From Felis catus (taxonomy: Eukaryota): a stretch of DNA of 64,000 bases. This document shows, one piece after another, positions 1 through 11,968 of this stretch; within the stretch, counting starts at the first letter, position 1, and every line of letters starts with the position of its first letter. The stretch is taken from NCBI RefSeq assembly GCF_018350175.1, contig NC_058368.1, positions 195,860,001 to 195,924,000 of the forward strand. Direction: 5' to 3'. The notes beneath the pieces are model-generated. The model was given only the letters and a program-made list of their open reading frames with translations. It was not told where the DNA came from and searched no databases. Both the position numbers and the translations under genes were made by a program.

Positions 1-612
1 CATCAGTGTGACCTCGAGGAGTCTTGGAGCTCAGTTGTGGGTCAGTCTCTTCCTTTGCCCAATAGGTATGGTAAGAACCCTTCTGCCTTCCTCAGGCCTG
101 AACCTGATACGGGGCGGGGGTGCCGAACTTAGCCCCGACTGTCTTCTGTTGGTCGGGGATGAGGTCAGCAGAAATGACACGGAAATCTTCACTACCAGAT
201 GCCAGTTGTCTAGAGGCGAGACAATGAGGATGAAGGGGGTTGACATGAGAAACGGTGTGCCAAAACCCCCAGGAATTGTCAGCCAACAACATGTTTTAAT
301 CAAAAGAGAAGTGTGGAATCTTTAAAACAAACACAAACAAACACAAAACAAGTACCACACAATTCTGAATAGTTTAATACAAAATTCTCAGTGGAAAGAA
401 AAACAAAAATGCTAAAGGAGGACAATCTCAATTTAATACAAAGTGTTCTCTGGTTAGTGGAAGGGGTAGGGGACTACTCTTTTGGGTGGACACCTGGTAA
501 CTTCATGTGCCCTGTGTGAGCACTGGCGTCTGGACAGTGCAGAAGCCCAGGACTGAAGCGAGCACTAGCCGGGCTCAGTCTGACTTTCCCGTTAGTACTC
601 TATCCATATCTC

Positions 613-1316
613 TTTTTATTTTTTATTTTTTTTATTTTTTATTTTAGAGAGGGGAGAGCATGTGCACAAGCAGGGGAGAAAGGCGGACAGAGAGACACAG
701 AGAGAGAATCTTAAGCAGGCTCTGCTCTTGGTGTGGAGCCCAACCCAGGGCTTGATCCCACCACCCCGGGAGCATGACCTGAGCTGAAATCAAGAGTAGG
801 CTGCTGGGGGCACCGGGGTGGCTCAGTCATTAAGTGTCCAACTTCAGCTCAGATCATGGTCTCACCGTTTGTCAATTGGAGCCCCACATCGGGCTCTGTG
901 CTGATAGCTCGGAGCCTGGACCCTGTGTCAGATTCTGTGTCTCCCTCTCTCTGCTCCTCCCTGGCTCACACTCTCTCTCCAAAATAAACAAACATTAAAA
1001 AAAAAAAATTTTTTTTTAAGTGTCAGATGCTCAGCCGACTGAGCCATCCAGGCACCCCTATCAATATCTCTATCATTATCTTTCTTTTTTTTTTTTTTTA
1101 ATTTTTTTTTCAACATTTTTTATTTATTTTTGGGACAGAGAGAGACAGAGCATGAACGGGGGAGGGGCAGAGAGAGAGGGAGACACAGAATCGGAAACAG
1201 GCTCCAGGCTCCGAGCCATCAGCCCAGAGCCTGACGCGGGGCTCGAACTCAGGGACCGCGAGATCGTGACCTGGCTGAAGTCGGACGCTTAACCGACTGC
1301 GCCACCCAGGCGCCCC
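613..1316. mobile_element. Triple nested CanSINE (SINEC_Fc) cluster
   Basis: Outer minus SINE 613-1058 (TSD TATC(C/A)ATATCTC) is split by a plus SINE at 806-1017. A young minus SINE at 1085-1316 has 16-bp TSD TCTATCATTATCTTTC. Confidence 0.9.
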
Positions 1317-2664
1317 TCTATCATTATCTTTCATAATGGTCTTCCCTGGCCCCCAAAAAGCAAGCAGAAAGAGAAAATTGAATGCCCTATGGAAAACATA
1401 CTGCATTAGCTCCGATGTCTCAGCTGGGCTGATTTTGCCAAGGGGGCTTTGGAAGAGAAGAATAAGGGCTGCTGTGTTGGGGTAGTAGGAGGGAAAAGAT
1501 AGCCAATTTCAGTAGCAAGCTTTGTTACAGCAAAAATCAGGGGAAAACTCACATTTCACTTCTTTGGTCCTCAGTTATAAGTACTCCAAAGGGAAAACCA
1601 CCAAGAATTCAAAAAGCAGGCTGGGGGGTGGGGGGAGCGCCTGGGTGGTTCAGTGCATTAAGTGTCAGACTCTGGATTTTGGCTCAGGTCATGATCTCAC
1701 AGTTTTATGAGTTTGAGCCCCGCATCTGGCTCTGCGCTCACACGCCTCACAGAATGCCTCTCTGTGAATCACACTTAAACAAGAATTTTCTTCTTTCATA
1801 TGTTTTTCACTTGTACAAGTACATATATTTATTTGGTTTTGGGAAATAATGTGGTATATTGGTTTGGAAATCAGGAAACCAAAATTCTCAGTCTGTCACT
1901 TAGTAGCTAAATGATCATCAATGCCTCAGTTTCCTCACTTGTAAAACAGTGAAATGAGACCGATTCCTTCTGTCACAATGATTGTGAGGAAAGATTTCAT
2001 TCGTGTGTTTATTCAAAACTCTTCATGGAAAGTCTCACACGTGTACCAGGCACCATAAGACAAAGTCTCTTTATAGTTGTTGGCATCTAGAGGGGAAATG
2101 TTCACCATAAATAAGCAAACAAATAAATAATCAGAATGATATTAATTCGTGAAACCATGAAGAATATAAAACGAGCTGATGTAATAGAGTGATGGAGCAC
2201 ATTTTATGTTTTATTATGGAGACTGTAGTTAATCTGAATTTCCTGAATCATTTGTATTATCGATGATTAGGTTACTCTATAATATATCAGCTTAAATATA
2301 ATTTCCAAGGTTTTCATTACACTTTAAGAATTTAGAGTGATATTAAATTACTGTCTGGATAATTTCTAAGGAAGATAGAACACAAAAACATTCATCACTA
2401 AGTATGGTATACACACACACACTCACCTTTGCCTTGTATTTTTACATGTTTGAGAGTAGATAAACCTTTGGGGTTCGTGAATGTATACGTTCAATTTTGC
2501 CATTTTAAGAAATGCAAATGGGATGTGTGTGGTCAAAGGTTTGTAAATGTTTGTTTTGCTGGTCCACTTAATGTTTGTATATTTCAAACCACACTCAGTT
2601 ACCTGCCTGCAGTTATTTACCTGAAGAAATAAAAGGTATTTACATTACTTAAAAGATGTAATTT

Positions 2665-2852
2665 ATGTGCTAAGATCTCAATGTTGTCACCACAGAAAAG
2701 AAATGGTACCTATGTGACCAGATGGACGTGGTAGCTGATACGATGGCGGTAATCATTTTGCAGTTTTTAAATGTATCATATCAACATGTTGGGCACCTTA
2801 GACTTTACACAATGTTCAGTGTCAATTGTATCTCAATAAAGCAGGAAAAAAG
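2665..2852 (+). mobile_element. L1 3' end fragment
   Basis: TGTCAATTGTATCTCAATAAAGCAGG + A tail. Confidence 0.75.
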
Positions 2853-3685
2853 AGAAATGGCTAGGATCTCATTTTATTCAATATGATGAAAACTAGAAAA
2901 ATCTTTTTTTAAGATACACAAAATAAAGATATGATCAAATGTATGAACATGTCATCTTTCAAGAAGAAAAATCTACTCTGTAACAATGACAATTCTCTTC
3001 AAATAAGTGTATAAACCTAGAAAACATTGTAATTTATATGGGGCATTGAGACTATCTTAAGAACTGGAATAGTAAAGAAATATGAATATAGAATAAGATT
3101 ATGAGTGTAATTTTGTTATCAAAGGAAAAAAAGAGCAATTTCCTCTTGAAGTAAAAAACTGTGCCAGAATGTGAAAGATTAGCAAAGACAAATTTTGAAT
3201 GTGTAAGTTGTAGAAGTTTGATGAAAAGGAAACTTTGTTTCCTTTAAAAAATTTTTTAAAAATGTTTACTAAATTTTGTGAGAGAGAGAGAGAGAGAGAG
3301 AGCACGAACAGGGGAAGGGCAGAGAGAGAGAGGGAGACAAAGAATCCAAAGCAGGCTCCAGGCTCTTAACTACCAGCACAGAGCCCGACATGGGGCTCGA
3401 TGTCACAAACCGTGAGATCATGACCTGAGCCAAAGTCCGGATGCTTACCGACTGAGCCACCCAGACACCCCAGGAAACTTTGTCTCCTTGGTTTATAATA
3501 CCTGCAAATTATGAGTCTAAAAGGAAACAATGAAGTATGTTAAAATTTTGATAAAATTGGCTCTGTTTTAATGGGCTTAGTCATAAGACTTTAAAAAGGT
3601 CTTTCTGGCAATTGTTATATTAACACATGGGTAGAATTTGGTTTTGTTTTTCTCTATGTTAAAATGACACACTAGTCTTAGAATA

Positions 3686-3733
3686 TTCTTCTTCTTCTTC
3701 TTCTTCTTCTTCTTCTTCTTCTTCTTCTTCTTC
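3686..3733. repeat. (TTC)16 / (GAA)16 microsatellite at the 3' end of the 7SK copy
   Basis: 48-nt perfect repeat directly abutting the 7SK 3' end. Confidence 0.95.
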
Positions 3734-4063
3734 AAGGCAGACTGCCACATGCAGTGGCTCATTTGGATGTGTCTGGAGTCTTGCAGGCTCAACTACCCTA
3801 CGTTCTCCTACAAATGGCCCTTGAGAGCTTGTTTGAAGGTTCTAGCAGGAGAGCACAGTGACCTGTATGCACTTGACAGAGGAACAGTCCTTATCTATGG
3901 GGGAAGGTCATCCTCTTCCACTGCGTGCAGCTTTGGGAGGGGAAGGGATGTACAGGGAGCAGTGAGGTAGAAGGCGGACACCTGCCTAGCGAGCCAGATC
4001 AGCCATATCAACCCTGGCAATCAATGAGGTGACGGATGTCACAGCCAGATCACCCTCACATCC
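3734..4063 (-). pseudogene. Full-length 7SK snRNA retropseudogene
   Basis: Reverse complement starts GGATGTGAGGGTGATCTGGCTG and ends CTGCATGTGGCAGTCTGCCTT, collinear with the ~330-nt 7SK RNA. CpG decay and small indels are present. It is followed by a (GAA)16 tail. Confidence 0.95.
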
Positions 4064-4206
4064 TCAGTTTGTTATTAACAAGAGGTAGTGAAAGTTATTT
4101 TTAATTTCTGTATAATCTGCCCAAATAGCAGATAGTATATATCTGATCAGAATAACTTGCTGTGTTTTGAGCTTTGTCATGCCCTTGATTATTTAAAAAC
4201 AAAACA

Positions 4207-4236
4207 GTGCTCACATCAGCAGCACATATATTAAAA
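4207..4236 (+). pseudogene. 3'-truncated (tailless) U6 snRNA retropseudogene, U6 nt 1-30
   Basis: GTGCTCACATCAGCAGCACATATATTAAAA vs U6 GTGCTCGCTTCGGCAGCACATATACTAAAA. Flanked by direct repeat TTAAAAACAAAACA (4193-4206 / 4231-4244). Confidence 0.85.
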
Positions 4237-5820
4237 ACAAAACAATAGCAGAAGTTCCTCATTTCTTAAATAAAGTTTCTTATAATCATACCTACAGTTA
4301 TGTTTATTTTTTTAAGTTTATTTATTTTGAGAGAGAAAGAGAGAGCATGAGCAGAGGAGGGGCAGAGAGAGAGAGAAAGAGAATCCCAAGCAGGCTCTGC
4401 ACTGACAGCATGGAGCCTGACGCAAGGCTTGAACTCACAAACCACAAGATCATGACCTGAGCCCAACGCTTAACTGACTGAGCCACACAGGCGCCCATCT
4501 ACAGTTATGTTTATTTAGTACTAGCATATTGCTTCTCTGATTAATAGGCAGCAACGGTGCCTGGGTTAAGCATCCGATTTCAGATCGGGTCATGATCTCG
4601 CAGTTTATGGGTTTGAGCCCCGCGTTGGGCTCTGTGCTGACAGCTCAGAGCTGGGAGCCTGCTTCTGATTCTGGGTCTCCCTCTCTCTCTCTGCCCCTCC
4701 TGCTGGCGCTCTGCTCTTTCTCAAAAATAAACAGACATTGGGGTGCCTGGGTGGCACAGTTGGTTAAGCATCCAACTCTTGATCTCGGCCCAGGTCATGA
4801 TCTCACAGTTGGTGAGTTTGAGCCCCGTATCAGGCTCTGTACCATCAGTGATTGGCATTCTGTCTCTCCCTCTCTCTGCCCCTCCCCTGCTTGTGCTCTG
4901 TCTCTCCCTCTCAAAATAAATAAATAAACTTAAAAAAAATAGACATTAAAGAAAAATTTTTTTAATTAGGTAGCCACACTACAACCATTCATTGTTTCCA
5001 GGCATGTATACTTCCGTCTTAAGCTAGGGATGATTCTTTTTTGAAAATTCTTTTTGACATTACCTTCCCAAGATCAGTTCGGTAGTTTATAAAAATGCAA
5101 TGGGTTTTCACATGTCAAACCATCTTTGGTGCTTCCTGGGTAGCTAAAATGCCAGAGGCTTCATCTCTCACGTTATAACCCATGATGTGTCTCTCATTCA
5201 CAATCAGGAGGGAGAGTAGGTAGAATTAATTATGTATGTTTAAAATGCTCCATATTTCTTAGTCATCTTACTACTGTTACAGGATTTGCATTATGTATTA
5301 AGCCCACAAAATGCGATAAACTATCCAATCAAAAAAAAGTACATTCTATCTTCCCCATGTTTATTTTTAAAAGTAGATTTGTCTGTGTCCCCATTTCCAC
5401 CATACATTCTTACTTTTGAGGAAACACTGGCAAAAACCATAACCCGGTGGGATTTTACTCTTCTCTTCTCTGATATAGTTGCCTCGCCTAATAAATCAAC
5501 AGAGGCTTCAGTCTAATCAACAAGTGGTTTTTGCTTTCTCTACATGCTTACCTGAAGTCCGCTGCTACACATTAAAGTGTCTCAAACAAAGGACAGTCCC
5601 AGGGACGTGGCGAGAAAGATTGCATCAGGTACTCTTAACTGGAATAGGCTTATAGGGCCAGACTTCTCACCATAAACTGACATTGTAACCAGAAGCAGAT
5701 ATCTCTAGACTGAACCATAGGACCGAATCAGGATTGCTAGGACTCGTTTTAGTACAGAAACAAACAACTTCATGCAAATACGCTGTTGATCTAAAGTTTA
5801 TGAGTCAAGAAAATCACATG

Positions 5821-8288
5821 ATGCCAAAATTCTCAACAAGATACTAGCAAATTGAATTCAACAGTATATTAAAAGAAGTATTCACCACGATCAGGTGGGA
5901 TTCATTCCTGGGCTGCAGGGCTGGTTCAATATTTGCAAACCAATCAATGTAATACATCACATTAATAGAAGAAAGGATAAGAACCATATGATCCTGTCAA
6001 TAGATGTAGGAAAAGTATTTGACAAAATATAGCACCCTTTCTTAATAAAAACTCTCAAGCAAGTTGAGATAGAAGGAACATACCTTAACATCATAAAAGC
6101 CATATATGAAAAGCCCACAGCTAATATCATCCTCAATGGGGAAAAACTGAGAGCTTTCCCCCTGAGATCAGAAACATGCAGGGATGTCCACTCTCACCAC
6201 TGTTGTTTAACATACTGTTGGAAGTCCTAGCCTCAGCAATCAGACAACAAAATGAAATAAAAGGCATCCGAATTGGCAAAGAAGTCAAAAGTTCACTTTT
6301 CGCAGATGACATGATACTTTACATGGAAAATCCAAAGACTCCACCAAAAAGCTGCTAGAACTGATACATGGATTCATCAAAGTCACAGGATACAAAATCA
6401 ATGTACAGAAATCAGTTGGATTTCTATACACCAATAATGAAGCAACATAAAGAGAAATCAAGAAATTAATCCCATTTACAATTGCACCAAGAACTACAAA
6501 ATACCTAGGAATAAACCTAAGCAAAGATGTAAAAGATCTGTATACGGAAAACTATAGAAGACTCATGAAGGAAATTGAAGAAGACACAAGGAAATGGAAA
6601 AATATTCCATGCTCATGGATTGGAAGAACAAATATTGTTAAAATGTCAATACTACCCAAAGCAGTCTACACATTCAATGCAGTCCCTATCAAAATTGCAC
6701 TGACATTCTTCTCAAAGCTAGAACAAACAATCCTAAAATTTATTTGGAACCACAAAAGACCCTGAATAGCCAAAGTAATGTTGAAAAAGAAAACCAAAGC
6801 AGGAGGCACACAATCCCAGACTTTAGCCTCTACTACAAAGCTGTAATCATCAAGACAGTATGGTGTTGGCACAAGAACAGACACATAGACGAATGGAATA
6901 GAGAACCCAGAATTAGACCCACAAATGTATGGCCAACTAATCTTTGACAAAGCAGAAAAGAGTATCCAATGGAAAAAAGACAGTCCCTGTAGCAAATGGT
7001 GCTGGGAGAACTGGACAGCAACATGAGGAAGAATGAAACTGGACCACTTTCTTACACCATACAAAAAAATAAACTCAAAATGGATGAAAGACTTGAATGT
7101 GAGACAGGAAACCATCAAAACCCTAGAGGAGAAAACAGACAATAACCTCTTTGACCTCAGCCACAGCAACTTCTTGCTCTACACATCTCCAAAGGCAAGG
7201 GAAATACAAGCAAAAATGAACTACTGGGACCTCATCAAGATAAAAAGCTTCTGCACTGCAAAGGAAACAATAAACAAAACTAAAAGGCAACCGATGGAAT
7301 GGGAGGAGATATTTGCAAATGACATAATAGATAAAGGGTTAGTATCCAAAATCTATAAAGAACTTACCAAACTCAACACCCAAAAAACAAATAATCCAGT
7401 GAAGAAATGGGCAGAAGACATGAATAGATGCTTTTCCAAAGAAGACATCCAGATGGCCAACAGACACATGAAAAGATGCTCGATATCACTCATCATCAGG
7501 GAACTACAAATCAAAACCACACTGAGATACCACCTCACACCAGTCAGAGTGGCTAAAATTAACAACTCCGGAAACAACAGATGATGGTGAGGATATGGAG
7601 AAATGGGAATCCTCTTGCACTGGTGGTGGGAATGCAAACTGGTGCAGCCACTCTGGAAAACAGTGTGGAGTTTCCTCAAAAAATTAAAAATAGAACTACC
7701 CTACAACCCAGAGATAGCACTACTAGGAATTTATCCAAAGGATATAGGAGTGATGATTCATAGGGACACACGTACCCCAATGTTTATAGCAGCACTTTAA
7801 ATGATAGCCAAGTCATGGAAAAAGCCCAAATGTCTACCAACTGATGAATGGATAAAGAAGATGTGGTTTATATATACAATGGAATACTACTTGGCAATGA
7901 GAATGAATGAAATCCTGCCATTTGCAGCAACGTGGGTGGAACTGGAGGGTATTATGCTAAGTGAAATAAGTCAGTCAGAGAAAGGCAGATACCATATGTT
8001 TTCACTCATGTGGAACTTGAGAAACTTAACAGAAGACCATTGGGGAGGGGAAGGGGGAAAAATAGTTTCAAACAGAGAGGGAAACAAAGCATAAGAGACT
8101 CAAACACAGAGAACAAACTGAGGGTTGATGGGTTGGGGGGGATGGGCCATGAGAATTGAGGAGGGCACTTGTAGGGTGAGCACTAGGTGTTGTATGTAAG
8201 TGATGAATCATGGGAATCTAAGAGCACACCATATATACTGTATGTTGGCTAACTTGACAATAAATTATTTCAAAAAAATGAAAAGAAT
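5821..8288 (+). mobile_element. 5'-truncated carnivore/felid L1 (ORF2 RT to C-terminus, 3' UTR, A tail)
   Basis: Peptides [39 protein letters not shown] with stops and frameshifts. 12-bp TSD AAATCACATGAT (5811-5822 / 8289-8300). Confidence 0.95.
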
Positions 8289-9004
8289 AAATCACATGAT
8301 CCAAATAAGTTCATCAGGGGAATATAATTGTGGTTGTTTGTTTTAGAATGGTATTGTTTTTAATGCTTTGTATTTGATGTGCTTATAAGGAAGTCCTTTT
8401 TCCCTTTTTTTTTTTCTTTTCTACTTTCTTCTAGACCTATCTCTAAGGCTCAATTTAGCAAGCTATGCTTATGCAAACTAAAAGAAAATATTTTTTTAGT
8501 GATATCTTGTTCCCATTGACCCCTCAGAATTCAAGAGTGAGCACTTTTACTGAGTCCCTAAAAATTAATTTATTTGTAAAGATCAAAAGAAACTTCCCTC
8601 CTCTTTACCAGGATGTAATTGGACAAATTTATTACACAAACAAATCCATCTAAAAGGTTTCATATTTGAGAAAAAAAAATTCATCTAATTGGCTATAAGG
8701 AACAAGAGTTATACCTCCTGTGCATATAATGCCCTTCCAGGAGACTGGTCTGGTGAGCCTATTCTGTGGTTCACAGTGTCCCAACATTATACTGGTAAGG
8801 AAGTTCATTTGCTGTCAGGTCACCAACCCTAGGAAATGTTAGAGACCTTGAGAAAAAGATGAAGTCTCTTATTTTTAGGGACTGCAAGTAGAGCCTGATA
8901 GAGATTGAGTTTTTAGCTTTGGTTTTAGCTTTGGTTTTTTAGTTTTGGATGATATTGGAATAGATGAGCAAAGACATCCATCATTGAATAATTAAAATAT
9001 TAGC

Positions 9005-11968
9005 ACTAGAAAATATCCACTCGATATAAAAGATAGCAGCAAAGGAGGAACAAAGAATAAAAAAAATGTATGATATAAAAAAATGAAATGGCAGGTGTAA
9101 ATTCAACTATATTAATGATAATATTAAGTGTAAATGAATCAAACAGTCCAATCAAAAAGGAGAGATTTTTCAGACTAGATAAAACAAAAACAAGCTCCAA
9201 TTACATGCTATCTACAAGAGGCACACTTTAGATGCCATCACATGAATAGATTGAAAGTAAAAGGATAGAAAAGATGTATGATGCAAAGCAAACAGCAACC
9301 ATAAGAAGGCTGGAGTGGCTATACTGATACAGGAAAAAATAGACTCGTAAATAAAATGTCATTAGAAATAAGGAGGCACATTTCTAATGATAAAAGCATA
9401 AAGCCATGAGGAAATTATAAACATATATGCACCTAGCAACACACACACATACACCATGAAGGTTGATAGATTTGAGGGGAGAAGTAAACAGTGTAATAAT
9501 AATTTTCAGGGACTCTCATACCTCACTTTCAATGTTGGATAGAACAACTGGACAGAAGATTAACAAGGAAATGGAAGAATTGAACAGTATTGTACACAAG
9601 CTAGATTTAAAAGACAGATCTACCCAATGACAGAAGAATACACATTCTCCTTACGTAGAATATTAGACCAGATTTCAGGCTGCAACATAAGTCTCAATAC
9701 ATTTAAATTGGCTGAAATCTTTCCAACCACATTCTCTAGTCAGGATGGTGTGAGGTTGGAAATTAATAGCAAAAAGAAATTGGGGATATTAACAAATATG
9801 TGGAAATTAAGCATCATACTACTAAATAACCAGTGTATCAAAGAAGAAATCACGGGGGCACCGGGGTGGCTCAGTCGGTTGAGCGCCTGACTCTTGGTTT
9901 CGGCTCAGGTCATGATCCCAGGGTGGTGGGATCCAGCCCCACATTGGACTGAGGGATGAGCCTGGAGCCTGCTTGGGATTCTCTCTCTCCCTTTCCCTCT
10001 GTCCTTCCCCTACTCATGCTCTCTCTCTCTCTAAAATTAAAAAAAATAAATAAAAGAAAAAGAAAAAAGAAAATAAGATGCATGAAAATGAGGACACAAC
10101 ATAAAAAGTCTATGGGATGCAACAAAACAGCACACAGAGGAAACTGTATAGGTATAAGTGCCTACATTAAAAAAAAAGGTCTCATATCAACAACCTCATC
10201 AACACCAGAAAAAGAAGACCAAACTAAAACAAAAGCAAGACAAGGAAGGAAACGATAAGAATTAGAATGGATATTAATGACATAGAGGACACAAAAACAA
10301 TTAAGAAAATCAAGGAAACCAAAAGTTGCTTCTTTGAAAAAAGCAAGATTTGACAGACTTCTTTTTTTTTTTTTTTTTAATTTTTTTTTTCAACGTTTAT
10401 TTATTTTTTTTGGGACAGAGAGAGACAGAGCATGAACGGGGGAGGGGCAGAGAGAGAGGGAGACACAGAATCGGAAACAGCCTCCAGGCTCTGAGCCATC
10501 AGCCCAGAGCCCGACGCGGGGCTCGAACTCACGGACTGCGAGATTGTGACCTGGCTGAAGTCGGACGCTTAACCGACTGCGCCACCCAGGCGCCCCAAGA
10601 TTGACAGACTTCTAATTGAACTAAAGAAAAACAAAACTTCAAATGATTCAAGTCAGGAATAAAAGAGGGGTCGTTAGTACTGACCTTTCAGAAATAAAAA
10701 GAATTACAAGGAAATACTACAAGCAACTCTTTGCCAATGAACTAGACAGCTTAGATGAAATGGACAAATGCCCAGAAAAACGTATGCTACTCAAACTTAC
10801 TCAAGGAGAAACAGAAAATCTGAGAAAATCTGAATAGATCCATGACAAGTAAAGAGATTGAATTGGTAATCCAAAATATATACATATATATCAAAAAATA
10901 AAACAAAAACAAAATCCTATAAAAAGAAAAGCCCAGGACCAGATGGTTTCACTGGTGAATTCTATCAAATATTTAAAAAAGAGTAAGTACCACTTCTTCA
11001 CAAACTCTTCCAAAGAATGTAAGAGGAATGTATACTTCCCAACTCATTCTATGAGGCCGGTATTACCTCGATACCAAAACAAGACAAAGATACCACAAGA
11101 AAACTATAGACCGATGTTTCTTATAGTCACAAAAATCCTCAACAAAATACCAACAAATGGAATTCAGAAATAAATAACAAAATTTGTATACCATGACCAG
11201 GTGGGATTTATCCCAGGAATGCAAGTTTGGTTTAATATGCAAAAATCAATTAATGTAATATACCATATCAAGAGAATAAAGGAAAAATGACATAATCATC
11301 TCAATAGACACAAATTCAATGCAATTTCTACCAAAATCCCAATTGCTTTTTCTTGCAGAAATGGACAAGCTTATAAATTAAATTCATATGATGAAAATGC
11401 AAAGGATCACAAGTAGCCCAAACACTCCTAAACAAGAAGAACTCCAACAAAAAGAAAGTTGAAGGATTCCTACTTTCCAATTTCAAAACTTACAGAGCTG
11501 TAATGACCAACAGTGTAGTACTGGAATAGTGATAGGTACATAGATTGATGGTGAAATAATCGAGAGTCCAGAAATAAACCCTCACATTTATGGTCAACTG
11601 ATTTTCAAGAAGAGTGCCAAAACAATTAAGTGGGGGGAAAGAACCGTCTCTCCAAGAATTGGTGCTGGGACAATTAGATATCCAAAGGCAACAGAATAAA
11701 GAAATACAGTATACCATATACAAAAATAAACTAAAAATGGATCAAGGGCATAAATGAAAGAGTTAAAGTTGTAAAACTCTTAGAAGAAAACTTCAGGACT
11801 AAAACTTCATGAGCAAACAGTGGAATATTTACTCAGCAATCTGGGGTAATGAAAATCTTCTATAACTGTGATGATAGTTGCACCACCCTGTGAACATACT
11901 AAAAGCCAACGTATCGTGTACTTTAAATGAGTGAATTGGATGCTATGTGATTTATATCTCAATCAAGA
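9005..11968 (+). mobile_element. Older decayed L1 (L1M-type: inter-ORF, ORF2 endonuclease onward, internal deletions, 3' end), interrupted by two SINEs
   Basis: ORF2-like fragments (e.g. YYKQLFANELDSLDEMDK); L1MB/MC-like 3' terminus. Confidence 0.85.
10362..10596 (-). mobile_element. Young SINEC_Fc inside the old L1
   Basis: GGCGCAGTCGGTTAAGCGTCCGACTTCAGCCAGG head with CpGs intact; TSD AAGAT(T)TGACAGACTTC. Confidence 0.93.

Larger units (their letters stand above)
3245..4960. mobile_element. CanSINEs: 3245-3472 (-), 4305-4496 (-), 4556-4960 (+, two nested)
   Basis: tRNA-derived head, (CT)n, A tail; TSDs AGGAAACTTTGT(T/C)TCCTT and CTACAGTTATGTTTATTT. Confidence 0.9.

Noticed and set aside
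3577..3792. Poly-lysine ORF
   Set aside because: Produced by the (GAA)16 tail of the 7SK retrocopy.
6176..8094. ORFs of up to 183 aa resembling reverse transcriptase
   Set aside because: Fragments of a 5'-truncated L1 ORF2 broken by stops and frameshifts; not an active element.
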